Shown here one piece after another: positions 34,754 through 48,975 of a stretch of DNA of 64,000 nt (within the stretch, counting starts at the first letter, position 1; every line of letters begins with the position of its first letter). The notes under the pieces are model-generated. The model ran no database searches. It saw only the letters and a program-made list of their open reading frames with translations, and was not told where the DNA came from. Position numbers and translations under genes: made by a program. The DNA is from Somniosus microcephalus (Eukaryota), in NCBI GenBank assembly GCA_052327205.1, contig CM126209.1, forward strand, positions 121,396,001 through 121,460,000, in the 5' to 3' direction.

Positions 34754-36154
34754 GCCATGGTGTGGAGATGCCGGTGTTGGACTGGGGTGGACAAGTGTAA
34801 GAAACCACACAACACCAGGTTATAGTCCAACAGCTTTATTTGAAATCACAAGCTTTCGGAGCGCTGCTCCTTCGTCAGTTGAAGTGGAGAGATGCATAAA
34901 AACACAGCTTATATAGTCAGAGAATAATTTCAGATGTTTACAGGTAATCTTTCTAACTGCCATTTATCACACCTCGGCAGAGAGATAATCACAGCAATCA
35001 AAGGTGTAAATGGTGTCCAAACAGGTCAGTCAGGAAAACATTACATCAAAGAGCAATGAGGTGGGGTCACAAGGGGTCAAATGTTGCAGATGCTGGGGTC
35101 TGTATGAAAAACAAAAAAAGACAAAAAACATTTTTTTTGCTGGAAATCACAGCAAGTCCGGCCGCATCTGTGTGGAGAGAACAAGCCAACGACGACTCGA
35201 GTCTGGATGACCCTACGTCAGGTGGGGTTACATGTAGCGTGACATGAACCCAAGATCCCGGTTCAGGCCATCCTCATGGGTGCGGAGCTTGGCTATCAGT
35301 TTCTGCTCGATGATTTTGCGAGACATGCCAGATCATCAACACAGATACCATCATCACACGTGAGGACACCACCCACCAGGTACATGGTACATACTCATGT
35401 GACTCGGCCAACGTTGTCTACCTCATACGTTGCAGGAAAGGTTGCCCCGGAGCACGGTACATCGGCGAGACCATGCAGACACTGCGACAACGGATGAACG
35501 GACACCGCGCAACAATCGCCAGGCAGGAGTGTTCCCTCCCAGTCGGGGAACACTTCAGCAGTCAAGGACATTCAGCCTCCGATCTTCAGGTAAGCATTCT
35601 CCAAGGCGGCCTTCGAGACACACGACAACGCAAAATCATCGAGCAGAAACTGATAGCCAAGTTCCGCACCCATGAGGACGGCCTGAACCGGGATCTTGGG
35701 TTTATGTCACACTACATGTAACCCCACCTGACGTAGGGTCATCCAGACTCGAGTCGTCGTTGGCTTGTTCTCTCCACACAGATGCGGCCGGACCTGCTGT
35801 GATTTCCAGCAAAAAAAATGTTTTTTGTCTGTTTTTTTGTTTTTCATACAGACCCCAGCATCTGCAACATTTGACCCCTTGTGACCCCACCTCATTGCTC
35901 TTTGATGTAATGATTTCCTGACTGACCTGTTTGGACACCATTTACACCTTTGATTGCTGTGATTATCTCTCTGCCGAGGTGTGATAAATGGCAGTTAGAA
36001 AGATTACCTGTAAACATCTGACATTATTCTCTGACTATATAAGCTGTGTTTTTATGCATCTCTCCACTTCACCTGACGAAGGAGCAGCGCTCCGAAAGCT
36101 GGTGATTTCAAATAAAGCTGCTGGACTATAACCTGGTGTTGTGTGACTTCTTAC
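34754..36154 (+). mobile_element. 5'-truncated Penelope-like element with inverted pLTR arm
   Basis: 13-bp TSD ATATGATTAGATT; GIY-YIG endonuclease (NVVYLIRC...RYIGETMQTLRQRMNGH...GLNRD) at 35320-35721; inverted arms 34797-35320 / 35629-36154. Confidence 0.92.
36069..36105 (+). ncRNA. Minimal hammerhead motif in Penelope pLTR (mirror copy 34846-34882, minus strand)
   Basis: TCAC-CTGACGA-A-GGAGC-AGC-GCTCC-GAAA-GCT(G/T)-GTGA. Confidence 0.7.
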
Positions 36155-36661
36155 ATATGATTAGATTCCACTGCATCGGTCACCTTCTGATATCGCAACC
36201 AAGGGTTATTCTTCGTAATTGAAGGAACAGTGAGTGCCGGCAGACTACTCGACCAAGTAAGGAATCACAGCTAAGCCTGATTTGCATGCTGTACAGCAGA
36301 GATCACTGAATAGCAATCTAGAGAGGACACCGCTGGATGATTACCCCCAGCTCTCCCCCACCCCATCCAGCACAGGGTGTTGTGACTAATTACAATACTC
36401 TAGGTCAGTACAGATTGAGAATCGAACCTAGGGCTTTCTGATGCAAATGGCATCGTACCACATTGGCCGGTTCCATTACTCACTATGGCACCTATATTCA
36501 CAGTGGTCAATCCGCTGTGAAATCAGCTGCTCATAATTGTGTAACTATAGGGATGACACTCCCTCCTAGCCTGTTTCCTTATGGGCCATTCCCTTACCTC
36601 CACCGCCCATGATGGGACAGCTGAAAGCAGTGGCTCACCACAGGGGGAAACACAAGCCTTA

Positions 36662-36868
<207 letters not shown>

Positions 36869-38439
36869 CTACAAACAAAGCAAAATAAAAATATAAGAGA
36901 AACCCAGGCTGTCAGATTGATGGACTTATAACGTTAGCTATGTGTCAGTTTTTTCCCCTTCCCCTTCCCCTTAAAGTATGGCTTGTGCTGGGATTTGTTC
37001 CATGGGGACTTGCAGTCTGCTGGTAACTGGTCTAAGTCGATATTAATCATACGGACAATGACGGACAGAAAGTGACCTCCATCCAGCCTGTCACACACAA
37101 CTGCGATGCCTTGTGCATCACTGCATATACACTCACCACCCCACCCTAAAGCCATGAAAACACCCGGCAGATGCGAAAAAAACTGTACTGACCTAGAGTA
37201 TTATAAAATCCCAGGCCAATTAGGGGGGGGAAAAATCTGGAAAATTCCTCTCCAACCCCCTTTAGGCAATCAAATCTAGTCCAGAAGACCACTCTGGCCC
37301 TGGTTAATGTTATACGGCACCTTCCTTTTATACGAGGTGATCTCCGCCCCAGTAAGAAACAGGTCCAGCTCTCGCTTGAAGGAATTAACTGTGAGCCTGG
37401 ACAGTAATGGTGAAAAATTATTCAACTGTGGAGGCATCACAGCCGAGCCTGATCCTGTCCTTAACCAGGCACTTTTAATTCGGAGTCATTTGACAGTGAT
37501 CAGGGACAGGCACCTTGGTTGACTTTTCCTCTCCCTACCTCAAGGGGACCAAGCCCAGCTGTAGCACCTTCACTGCCATCCCAGTTGCTGAAGCTGCTAA
37601 CGCTGCATAGATAACGGCTTGAACATGGGGCCTTGATTTTGCTTCATCTAGAAACACTGTGCCAGCTGTCAGTGTGTTTGCATCGACTTCATTAGAAGCA
37701 AATGTTCCGTCGCTGCACATTATAAATATTTAGAACAGATCATTCTGCCTGTCACTGCATTACATAGAATTACATAGAATGTACAGCACAGAAACAGGCC
37801 ATTTGGCCCCTCTGGTCTATGCTGGCATTTATGCTCCCCATGAGCCTCCCCCTACTCCTGACAGAAACGAGCCTGCAAAATCCTTAAACACAAGCACCTT
37901 GCAATGTAGAAGGAGAAGGCTTGATGGACCAATTGGTACTTGTACATAACATAGCTATCATCATTTTCCCTTTTCTAAGAGATGCAAGGTTGGAATGGGG
38001 CCTATGGAACAGGATGGAAATAACTTTCACAATGCTCTTCTGATGGCCTAGTGGGTAAAGGCACAGCCCATTGTAGCACCAAGACACAAAAGACTGGAAG
38101 GTCCCAGCTTAGATTTTCAGTCTGTACAGAGTAACTGATCTCAGCCAGGAGAGCAGTGGGGGTGCTACAAGTCGTCTCGGCACCACACTGGGAAATCAAA
38201 ATCAGACATGGCCCTTGCTCCTGATCAGTGTGTGTGTGTGCATGAGTTTGCGAGTGTGCGTGTGGGTGTGTGTGAGTGTGCATGTGTGTGGGTGCCAGGT
38301 GATGATTGGTTTGGGAGCTCGTCTGCAATGCCTTCCACAGTGGAATAGCCTGCAGATATTCATTGTCCACATTCACACTGCAGCCTATGGAACCCCCTGC
38401 CCCTAACAAAAACAGTCATTTCTTTAGTAGGGGAAAAAA

Positions 38440-38580
38440 AGAAAGACTTGAATTTATATAGCGCCTTTCGCGACCACTGGACATCTCAAAGCGCTTTACA
38501 GCCAATGAAGTACTTTTGGAGTGTAGTCACTGTTGTAATGTGGGAAACGCAGCAGCCAATTTGCACACAGCAAGCTCCCA
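38440..38580 (-). mobile_element. Deu-domain SINE 3' fragment
   Basis: Same tail as 13105 and 42635 copies. Confidence 0.65.
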
Positions 38581-40009
38581 CTTGAGGGAAACATGAGGGA
38601 AAATAACATTCCCAAGAGGAGGTGAACGTGTGACTTCCTCTCACTGAGGATATTCCCGTTTGCAGTAGAGCTGGGTCACTGAAAAGCTTTCAGCTCTGCA
38701 GTAAAGCTCTGCATGTTGGCCTTTCTACAGGCCATTCTGTCAAGTGAATGCAAGAGAGCAAGAAATAAAGCAAGACTATCAGCCCATCATCCCCACTCCT
38801 TCCACTGCCCATGTACACCCTGCCCTATCGAGACTCTACCACACACCTTTAAGGGAAACTCCCACCTCACTAGACCGGAGCATGGGTCATAGACTTGGCC
38901 CCTTACACCATTACAGCCCTATCTCCGAACCGTGCTCCTGTCTAGTGAGGCTCCCCCATAGTGAACGGAGCCTCCCAAATTGCCCCTTTAATCTCGGGGG
39001 GAAAATCGGCATAAATTTTCCTTTATTTGCAAAGGCAATTGATCCATCCTCACACCGCCACAGCCTGCTGCTGTCCAGACACCATTCCTTGCCTCACACT
39101 ACTGGGATCAGATGGGCTATCCTTGGCTACAGCAAACAAAAGACACAATGTAAGGAGCTTGGCAACAATTCCATGTTGCACACAGATAAATAAATCACCA
39201 GGCACGGTGCTCTCGGGAGCTGAGGAGTTGACAGGCTCTTATTATTATCATACAAATTATTCCTGCACACATTACGCTAAAGAAAATGTACATACTGTGA
39301 AACCCGGCAAAGGAAATTGAGAAAAATCTATTAAGCTAGCCTTAATTCTCTTTCAAGTAATTTTATTTGTGATTCGTGTAATTTAAGTGGCAAACATGTA
39401 GCAGTATGTGATTCCAGATAAATAACGGGCCTCTTGATTTATCTGTTATTTGCCCTGAATTCTATTCTTGCCATTCATTAATATTTCAATAATATGTAAT
39501 AAAAACTCTGGAAATCTGAAATCAAAAGAGCAAATGTGGGTCAGAATCTGAATGGGAAATGTAATGTGTTGGACTGTTACGTTGTGTACTTCTGACATCT
39601 TCTATTTTGATTTTGGAGCATATAATCTCTTTGTTGCTATTAAGCATCACCTTCCATGTTTACAAGCCATGCAGCTCCATTTCCCAGCAGTGTTGTAGTA
39701 TGCTGAAACTGATGAGCTTGGCTTTCATCCACCAGCCACTGGCAGGGACACTCCACTGTGCAGTATGTCCAGTAGAACCTCGAGTAACCACACTCTCAGT
39801 GTTCACACTCTCAATGTTCTGGGAGTTTTGATTGAGCTTTGCATAACTTAGCTAAAATACAATTGAGTATTTTAAGTTGTGTCTAGTGCTTGGTAGAATT
39901 TACTATCCACTTAGCTTTGATTTTTATTATTGAGTCAGGGCTTCAGGGCAGGAAACCAGCAGAACCCAGGCTTCAGGTCAAAAGCCAGCAGGACTTAGGC
40001 TTCAGACTA

Positions 40010-41540
40010 GGAGACCAGCAGGACTCAGGGATTTGGAGCAGGAGACCAGCAGGACTCGGGGATTTGGAGCAGGAGACCAGCAGCACTTGGGGATTTGGAG
40101 CAGGAGACCAGCAGGACTCGGGGATTTGGAGCAGGAGACCAGCAGCACTCAGGGATTTGGGGCAGGAGACCAGCAGGACTCGGGGATTTGGGGCAGGAGA
40201 CCAGCAGCACTCGGGGATTTGGAGCAGGAGACCAGCAGCACTCGGGGATTTGGAGCAGGAGACCAGCAGCACGTGGGGATTTGGAGCAGGAGACCAGCAG
40301 GACTCGGGGAGTTGGGGCAGGAGACCAGCAGCACTTGGGGATTTGGAGCAGGAGACCAGCAGGACTCGGGGAGTTGGGGCAGGAGACCAGCAGGACTTGG
40401 GGATTTGGAGCAGGAGACCAGCAGCACTCGGGGATTTGGAGCAGGAGACCAGCAGCACTCAGGGATTTGGAGCAGGAGACCAGCAGGACTCGGGGATTTG
40501 GGGCAGGAGACCAGCAGGACTCGGGGATTTGGAGCAGGAGACCAGCAGCACTCGGGGATTTGGAGCAGGAGACCAGCAGGACTCGGGGATTTGGGGCAGG
40601 AGAGCAGCAGGACTCGGGGATTTGGGGCAGGAGACCAGCAGGACTCGGGGATTTGGAGCAGGAGACCAGCAGCACTCAGGGATTTGGGGCAGGAGACCAG
40701 CAGGACTCGGGGATTTGGGGCAGGAGACCAGCAGCACTCGGGGATTTGGAGCAGGAGACCAGCAGCACTCGGGGATTTGGAGCAGGAGACCAGCAGCACG
40801 TGGGGATTTGGAGCAGGAGACCAGCAGGACTCGGGGAGTTGGGGCAGGAGACCAGCAGCACTTGGGGATTTGGAGCAGGAGACCAGCAGGACTCGGGGAG
40901 TTGGGGCAGGAGACCAGCAGGACTCGGGGATTTGGAGCAGGAGGCCAGCAGCACTCGGGGATTTGGAGCAGGAGACCAGCAGGACTTGGGGATTTGGAGC
41001 AGGAGACCAGCAGCACTCGGGGATTTGGAGCAGGAGACCAGCAGCACTCAGGGATTTGGAGCAGGAGACCAGCAGGACTCGGGGATTTGGGGCAGGAGAC
41101 CAGCAGGACTCGGGGATTTGGAGCAGGAGACCAGCAGCACTCGGGGATTTGGAGCAGGAGACCAGCAGGACTCGGGGATTTGGGGCAGGAGAGCAGCAGG
41201 ACTCGGGGATTTGGGGCAGGAGACCAGCAGGACTCGGGGATTTGGGGCAGGAGACCAGCAGGACTCGGGGATTTGGAGCAGGAGACCAGCAGCACTCGGG
41301 GATTTGGAGCAGGAGACCAGCAGGACTCGGGGATTTGGAGCAGGAGACCAGCAGGACTCGGGGATTTGGGGCAGGAGACCAGCAAGACTCGGGGATTTGG
41401 GGCAGGAGAGCAGCAGGACTCGGGGATTTGGGGCAGGAGACCAGCAGGACTCGGGGATTTGGGGCAGGAGACCAGCAAGACTCGGGGATTTGGGGCAGGA
41501 GACCAGCAGGACTCGGGGATTTAGAGCAGGAGACCAGCAG
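40010..41540 (+). repeat. 31-bp minisatellite (GGAGACCAGCAGGACTCGGGGATTTGGAGCA), about 49 units
   Basis: Visible tandem array; produces the repetitive multi-frame ORFs. Confidence 0.97.
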
Positions 41541-42204
41541 GAGTCAGGCTGCCAGAATTTTATTGTGATATCTCATTTTTAAAGTGATAAATGTGGGTTG
41601 TAACTCCACATGCAGTGAACTTGATTGGGTAATCTCAATCAGAAGTCAAAACCTCATAACTGTATCAGGTTCAGATTAGGTGGACACTTGATTATCTAAC
41701 ATTCTGCCGAGGGGGCAGGGATAATTGTGATTCCACTGTAATCATGTTGTTAGTCATTACAACTAAAGTTGATTTTATTGTCTGCCCCAGTGACTCAGTG
41801 GGAAAGTTCTCTTTTTGCCATTGAGCCATAAAGACCAGAAAGTCCCAAGTTTGATTCTTGGTCTGTGTTGAGTTAGACTATCTCAGTTAGGATGGGGGCA
41901 GGGTGGGGTGCTGCAGCTGACCTGGAGAGGAGAAAAATCAGCCAGTATTCTCACTTCCGCTCATTATCCAGACACCAGTGCAAAGTGCCTGTGTGTAGAG
42001 ATTCTTGTGAACAAAGGACTTGGCTTGTGATAGCTGCCAAGGCAAATTGCCTGCCATGGTCTCAAAAGGCACACAAAGGAAGAATGCCACTTGTAAAAAG
42101 TAACAGAGGGATGGTAGGAAGGCACCACCCCCAACATAACCATCCATGTCCAGGAATATAAAGGACATTGAATAAAAAGTTGGTATTATTTTGTAGCACA
42201 CAGA

Positions 42205-42635
42205 TCTCTCCCCTCTGAGTCTGAAGGTCGTGGGTTCAAGTCCCACTCCAGAGACTGCAGCACAAGGCTGATACTCCAGTGCAGTACTAAAGGGATGCTG
42301 CACTGTCGGAGGTGCCGTCTTTCGGATGAGGTGTTAAACCGAGGCCCTGTCTGCCCTCTCAGGTGGACAGAAATGATACCACTAGCATTATTTCAAAGAA
42401 GAGCAGGGTAGTTCTCCCCGATGTCCTGGATGATATTTCTACCTCAACCAACATCACTAAAACAGATTATATGGTTATTATCTCATTGCTGTTTATGGGA
42501 TCTTGCTGTGCACAAATTGGCTGCCATGTATCCTACATTACAACAGTGACTCCACTTCAAAAAGTGCTCCATTTACTGTAAAGTGCTTTGGGACATCCTG
42601 AGGTCGTAAAAGGTGCTATATAAATGCAAGTTCTT
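42205..42635 (+). mobile_element. Deu-domain SINE (SacSINE1-like), near full length
   Basis: tRNA B-box GGTTCAAGTCCC, Deu core, tail GCTATATAAATGCAAGT. Confidence 0.75.
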
Positions 42636-42825
42636 TTTTACAGATGGATTTTATATCTTTGTTCACCCCACATAAGTAGGCAACGCCTAAAATTATTGTT
42701 TAAAATGTTTACCAGCAGATAGAAAGATATACAAACATACAAGGATCCTACAGCATGACTGGCTGGGATTCACATAATGGCATGGATGGTTAGGCAACTA
42801 CAAAGGTCCAGTGGAGATGACTCAC

Positions 42826-42951
42826 ATTGGGAATAAAACCTGCTGTGAGCTTCTTCTGCAGGACAGCATCCCAGTTTATGTCAGCTAGGTAAGGAGAGCC
42901 CTGTACATCGGCCAGGCTGGAGAGGCGCTGGGTTGAGCTCACTGCAATCAG
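42826..42951 (-). CDS. stk32a: STK32 kinase exon
   Basis: CAG|LIAVSSTQRLSSLADVQGSPYLADINWDAVLQKKLTAGFIPN|GTGAGT, 126 nt, phase 0. Confidence 0.9.
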
Positions 42952-43629
42952 CTGAAAAGAATTAATAAAAATTACTAATAGTAGGGGGGAAAATCCAACA
43001 AAACAGATTTACACAATGTTAGAACCTTCACATCAGATTCATCCACATCAGACTCATACAATGTAAATACCTTACATCATATTTATACAAAGCATCTATT
43101 GCACTGGTATATGTTAACTGTTCATGCCTCCAATAAGCCACTTTGATATGTTTCTGAGAGATGTGACAAAGTGCTATATGCTACATGAAGGCTTTCTTAT
43201 AGATCACTGTGCAACAAAACCATTGACAACTACATAGTGATCATACCACCACCTGGAAGGACAAGGGCAGCAGGTCCATGGGAACAACATCACCTCCAAG
43301 TTCCCCTCCAAGTCACACACCATTCCAAATTGGACATATATCGCCATTCCTTCATGGTCGCTGGGTCAAAATCCTGGAACTCCCTACCTAACAGCACTTT
43401 GGGAGTATCTTTACCACACGGACTGCAATGGTTCCAAGAAGAAGGCTCACCGGCACCTTCTCAAGGGCAACTAGGGATGAGCAGTAAATGTCGGCATTGC
43501 TAACGACGGCCATATCCCGAGAATGAATAAAAAGCAGAGAGCGCAAAATATTGGTGCTTCTGGCAACTGAAAGAGTATGTATCTTGAAGCAATTTAAACA
43601 GACAATTGGACGCTGTCATAAGGGTTCAT

Positions 43630-44353
43630 GGGGGCGAAATTCCTCTCGTTTGCGCCTCCGGTGGGAGGTGGTAACGGGGCACAAATGGTTTTTCGCACCC
43701 CTCGAGGTGATAACCGCATTTCCCGCGAAATTCCATGGGAGGTTAGCGGCGGCGTTACCGGGTATTGCCCCGATCTTCTGCGCCCGGAGATCATGATGTC
43801 ATCTCTGGGCGCAGCGTCCCGGTAGTGCCTCAGGAGAAAAATTCCCCCTCGCGTCCCGCAGCAACGGCAGGCAATGTTACCGACTGCTGCAGGGGTCACG
43901 AAGTGAGGCCGGCCACTCGCGGGGTGCCATTTAAAGGCGTGGTGGTCGTCCGATGTGAAAAAAAATCATGGACTTAAAAAAAAATTCTGAGCATCGGACG
44001 CGGGCTGAGTGCCGCGATCGGTCAGCCCGGCACTCTCGCACCCCGGTGCTCCAGCAGATGCCAAAAAAAATGCAGAGCTGGCAGCGGCGAGCCCTTCCTT
44101 TTAATTGATGGAAGAGCCCCTGCAACGCGGCAGTGCCACACAGTGCTGATGAGATCATCGCCCCAGATCGGGACATTCCCCTCCTCTTGCACTCCAAGAG
44201 GCCGGTGGAGTGCTTGATTTAGCGCACCACTTCCCTCTTGGAGCAAAAAATGGGAATTTCTCAAATGTTTGAAAAGGTTAGCTCATGGCACTAACTTTTC
44301 AAACATTTTTGACTTAGCGCCCCAAATGGCCCTCTAGGGGAATTTCTCCCCCC
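43630..44353. mobile_element. Harbinger-type MITE
   Basis: GGGGGCGAAATTCC / GGAATTTCTCCCCCC ends; TSD CAT. Confidence 0.7.
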
Positions 44354-44449
44354 CATAGGTTTTACTGGCGAGTTGAGCTAAGATGGGCTGAATGGTCTTC
44401 CTCATCTCCAGTTATCTTGTGACGATGAACAAAACAATGATGGCAAAAC

Positions 44450-45212
44450 GGGATGGATTCAGTGGTAAAATTAACAGTGAGACTAACAGCGTTATTAATA
44501 TACGTTATTAACGTACAAATCAGATAGCAACGTCCAGTGACCGCACACGCGCAGTTAAATACATAAATCAGGAAGTTACTGTCTGAGATGCCCTGCTGCT
44601 CCAGTATCACGTCAAGAGACTCGCCATTGAAATACATGGAACGGCATGAAGTTCTGCACTTACCTGATATATACCCACTAAACTCGTCAGAAAAAGTTAG
44701 GGATCATCCATTCCAGTGTAAGTATCCTTTTAACAGTGTGGTAAGTCTTAATTACTGCCAAACAACCTCTCTGGCACTGAAAATTAACTTAAACAAATGT
44801 AGAGTCTCATTCCTTCAGCTTTTAAATATTGTTGGGGATTTAAAAGGATTAACAAATAGAAAGAATTAAAAAAAACTTTTTCTTTCAGTCTCTTTTATCT
44901 CTCTTAATCCTATTTTTCTTTCCCTCTATTTTGATTTATGTACATGATTTGACATTGAATTCAATATTTTAACTGACACTTCCTAGTTTCGACTACTCAT
45001 TAAGGATTCTTCAATCTGATTGGTTAAGGAGATACACAGTTGCTTGCCCTGTTCACACAGGTCTCAGATGCTCTGTAGAGGGCGCTGCGCTGTTTGGGTA
45101 GTTAGCTGACAGCAGCTTCCAGTGCAAGGGCCCATTAAAATGTCCATGGGCAAGTGCAAGTGTAATGAACGACTGGCGTTGTTCATTCGCCGCTGACTGC
45201 AAAATCCGTCCC
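44450..45212. mobile_element. Harbinger-like MITE
   Basis: GGGATGGATT / AATCCGTCCC ends; TSD AAC/AAT. Confidence 0.55.
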
Positions 45213-45614
45213 AATATTTTTCTATGTATTCAAATTCAACAGGGAAACCAACAAACAAAGACATAAATCCCATACCCCACAGTCTTCCTGTTTAGTTGGA
45301 TGGGTTAACGATCCCATGGCACCCATTTGAAACGAGCAGGGAGAGGAGGGGAAAAAATTGCCGAGAAACTAATACATTTTACCATTTTCTTCGCACTCAA
45401 AGGTAGCTATTCAAAGATGAATACAAGAGAAAAAAACAGGAAAACGCTGCAAGTATCAGAATGATGGGCTATTGGAAGGCCTGCAGTTAACCTGCACAAA
45501 GGAGACTTGGATCATTGTGGTTATCCCTACCTCCCACCACAGAGGGCAGCAGCCTACCCTCGTCCAGAGTTTTCAGATCGCTGAGCTTTTCCTATTATAC
45601 GAATATCATTCCAC

Positions 45615-45975
45615 TTGCCAACCCTCCAGGACTGTCCTGGAGTCTCCAGGAATTAATCTCCTGGACACTGCTGTGAGCAACCTGGGTGGAAAATCATAAG
45701 GGCATTAAAAAAATGTGCTTTTTTCCCCCCATTTTCTTTGAACACTTTCGCTTATTATAAAAATATTGGTGCTGGCTAAAATGGCTGCTTGACTGACAGT
45801 CAAGAACAATCCAATCTGGTAACAAAGAGTCTGTGCGCTTTGCAATTGACGTGGGAAGGTGGCACGCCACAAGGATGGACCAATAGCAGGAGGGTGTGGG
45901 TCGGGATGGTTGAGGGAGTGTGAGGTCAGGTGATGAAATCGACCGGAATACGTCCAATTAGAGTTGGCAACCCTA
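45615..45975. mobile_element. hAT MITE, inverted relative of 4261-4639
   Basis: TTGCCAACCC...GTTGGCAACCCTA and shared interior. Confidence 0.7.
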
Positions 45976-46000
45976 CATTCGGTGCCGAATCTGTCCTTAC

Positions 46001-46117
46001 CTTCCGAAGCAGTGACACCAATCCACTGGACCAGGTAGAGGGGTAGTTTATGCTGACAGAGTTGAACATGTGAAGGGCTTCGTTAACAGAAGTGCTGGAA
46101 CGGATTTCATACGGTCT
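46001..46117 (-). CDS. stk32a: STK32 kinase exon
   Basis: CAG|RPYEIRSSTSVNEALHMFNSVSINYPSTWSSGLVSLLRK|GTAAGG, 117 nt. Confidence 0.9.
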
Positions 46118-46747
46118 CTGTGAAAAGATATAAACGTTGTCTGTTTATATAGCGCTAAATATCAGAGGCAGCCACCTACCAAAAGTTTGCATTCATTGTC
46201 TAAATAGCTACATAATTTCTAAGTCAATATAATTATTTCATTATATTTTGAATTTATATCTTTTAATTTAAATTTAATAGTTAACAAAACTGCGAAAAGT
46301 AAAAGGAACATTTCTGATAGAGGAAAGAGTCTGCTGACTCTCATTGTCTTGGCTGTTTGGGCACGGTACCAAGGTGCTGCCAACGTCCATACACCAAGAC
46401 CCTAGCACGAGTCACCAATTTTAGGGAGAAAAGGTTCCGGAGAGGGTCGATATTTTTGCATCTGCTGGGGTCCCCAATGGATGAGTGGGTTTACTCGGAG
46501 GCAGCTGAAACCCAGAGGGTCTCAGGTCCAATCCCTGGGTGGTGCTCTGCTAGCTGATGTCAGCCAGGGTAGAGGCCATGAAGATCAAATAGCCTGCCGC
46601 GCTCATAGTCACAGCTCATACATGAATAATACTACCTGCAACTAGCAGTTATAGAACCATAGCCAGCAAGGAAGCAATGCCTTGGGGAGGAGAGGGGCGA
46701 AAATTAGCAAGGAAGAAAATGATAATGTATCCACATCCTTAGACTCA

Positions 46748-46966
<219 letters not shown>

Positions 46967-47714
46967 TCAGTACAATGAATATTCTTTGTTCATTAGTGCA
47001 GGTAGAAAATAAATATAGTTTCCCCCCCATGTCCCGTGAGAAGATTCTCCCAGACTGGAGAATATTTTCAGAGAGGTAGAATGAAGGAATATGCAAACTA
47101 GCAGCAGTTTAAAAACAGACATGTTTTATCACTTCACACTTCCAGCCATAATGGCTGGTCCATCAGCTGGTCTGGAAAGTTCCCAGGAGCTCCCAACGTG
47201 CTTATCTGCACCCCCCTACTCAGGGGAGAAGGGGTAGATCACATGACCATAACTATTCCTAGCTTAATCTTTGAGGGGTTGCTATAGATGACACCATACG
47301 AGGCTGGAAAAGGCCATTGTAGTCCATCTGCCCAGTCACAAATGTTCCAAAAATATGTTAGCTTGGAATTTTCTCATTGAAAACTATGCATTTCTTGGTG
47401 GTTTTGAGGCAGTAAGTTGGGAAACACAGAGCAGTGAGATGTTCCACTGCAACCCCAGCTCACAAAAATGTCCGCCTTTAGCTTCCTCCCAGTCAACCTG
47501 CCCCACTGGGTGTTAATTTCTGCAGGTGGGTGAGCTCTTTGAATCTCCACCATATTGTTCAGTTTCTGCCTCTGCAACGCCCTCCGCCCTCAAGGAAACA
47601 GCGCCACTACATAAGTGGCTTTAAGAAGAGCAAGACGGTGACCCAGAGGTAGATTGGCTGAGTGAAGACCGTAGTTGTCAGAGAGCTCGCCACTAACTTG
47701 CAGCTTTCTCAAAT

Positions 47715-48120
47715 AGAATCATAGAATGATTACAGCACAGAAGGAGGCCATTCGGCCTGTCGAGCCCGTGCCGGCTCTCTGCAAGAGCACATTAGCTAGT
47801 CCTACACCCCCGCCCTTTCCCCGTAGCCTTGCAATTTTTTTTCCTTCAGGTTCTTATCTAATTCCCTTTTGAAAGCCGTGATTGAGTCTGCCTCCACCAC
47901 CCTTTCAGGCAGTGCATTCCAGATCCTAACCACTCGCTGCGTAAAAAAGGTTTTCTTCATGTTGCCTTTGGTTCTTTTTCCAATCACCTTAAATCTGTGT
48001 CCTCTGTGTTCGCGATCCTTCCGCCAATGGGAACAGTTTCTCTCTATCTACTCTGTCCAGACCCCTCATGATTTTGAACACCTCTATCAAATCTCCTCTC
48101 AACCTTCTCTGCTCCAAGGA
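47715..48120 (-). mobile_element. CR1 3' fragment
   Basis: FFTQRVVRIWNALP, RGDLIEVFKIM. Confidence 0.85.
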
Positions 48121-48124
48121 TAAT

Positions 48125-48975
48125 AACAACAACAACTTGTATTTAGTTAGCGCCTTTAAAGTAGTAAAACATCCCAAGGTGCTGCACAGGAGTATTAAAA
48201 GACAAAAAATTTGACACCAAGCCACATAAGGAGAAATTAGGGCAGGTGACCAAAAGCTTGGTCAAAGAGGTAGGTTTTAAGGAGCGTCTTAAAGGAGGAA
48301 AGAGAGGTAGAGAGGCAGAGAAGTTTAGGGAGGGAATTCCAGAGCTAAGGGCCTAGGCAACAGAAGGCACGGCCACCAATGGTTGAGCAATTATAATCAG
48401 GGATGCTCAAGAGGGCAGAATTAGAGGAGTGCAGATATCTCGGGGGGTTGTGGGGCTGCAGGAGATGACAGAGATAGGGAGGGGCGAGGCCATGGAAGGA
48501 TTTGAAAACAAGGATGAGAATTTTGAAATCAAGGCGTTGCTTAACCGGGAGCCAATGTTGGTCAGCGAGCACAGGGGTGATGGGTGAACGGGACTTGGTG
48601 CAAGTTAGGACACGGGCAGCCGAGTTTTGGATGACCTCAAGTTTACGTAGGGTAGAATGTGGGAGGCCAGCCAGGAGTGCGTTGGAATAGTCAAGCCTAG
48701 AGGTAACAAAGGCACAGATGAGGGTTTCAGCAGTGGATGAGCTGAGGCAAGGGCGGAGACGGGTCATGTTAAGGAGGTGGAAATAGGTGGTCTTAGTTAT
48801 GCCACGGATATGTGGTCGGAAGCTCCTTTCAGGGTCAAATATGACACCAATGTTGCGAACAGTGTGGTTCAGCCTCAGACAGATGTTAGGGAGAGGGATG
48901 GAGTCAATGGCTAGGTAATGGAGTTTGTGGCGGGGACCGACATCAATGGCTTTGGTCTTCCCAATATTTAATTGG
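48125..48975 (-). mobile_element. L2 LINE 3' fragment
   Basis: AFVTSRLDYSNALLAGLP...ITPVLADQHWLPVKQRLDFKIL; (TTG)n tail. Confidence 0.85.

Noticed and set aside
36598-36620. Possible 23-nt minus-strand micro-exon (TTTCAG...GTAAGG)
   Set aside because: Frame-shifting length and no homology
39890-41582. Three overlapping ~500-aa repetitive ORFs; superficial CRISPR-like regularity
   Set aside because: Head-to-tail 31-bp repeat with no spacers and few stops; intronic; eukaryotic context
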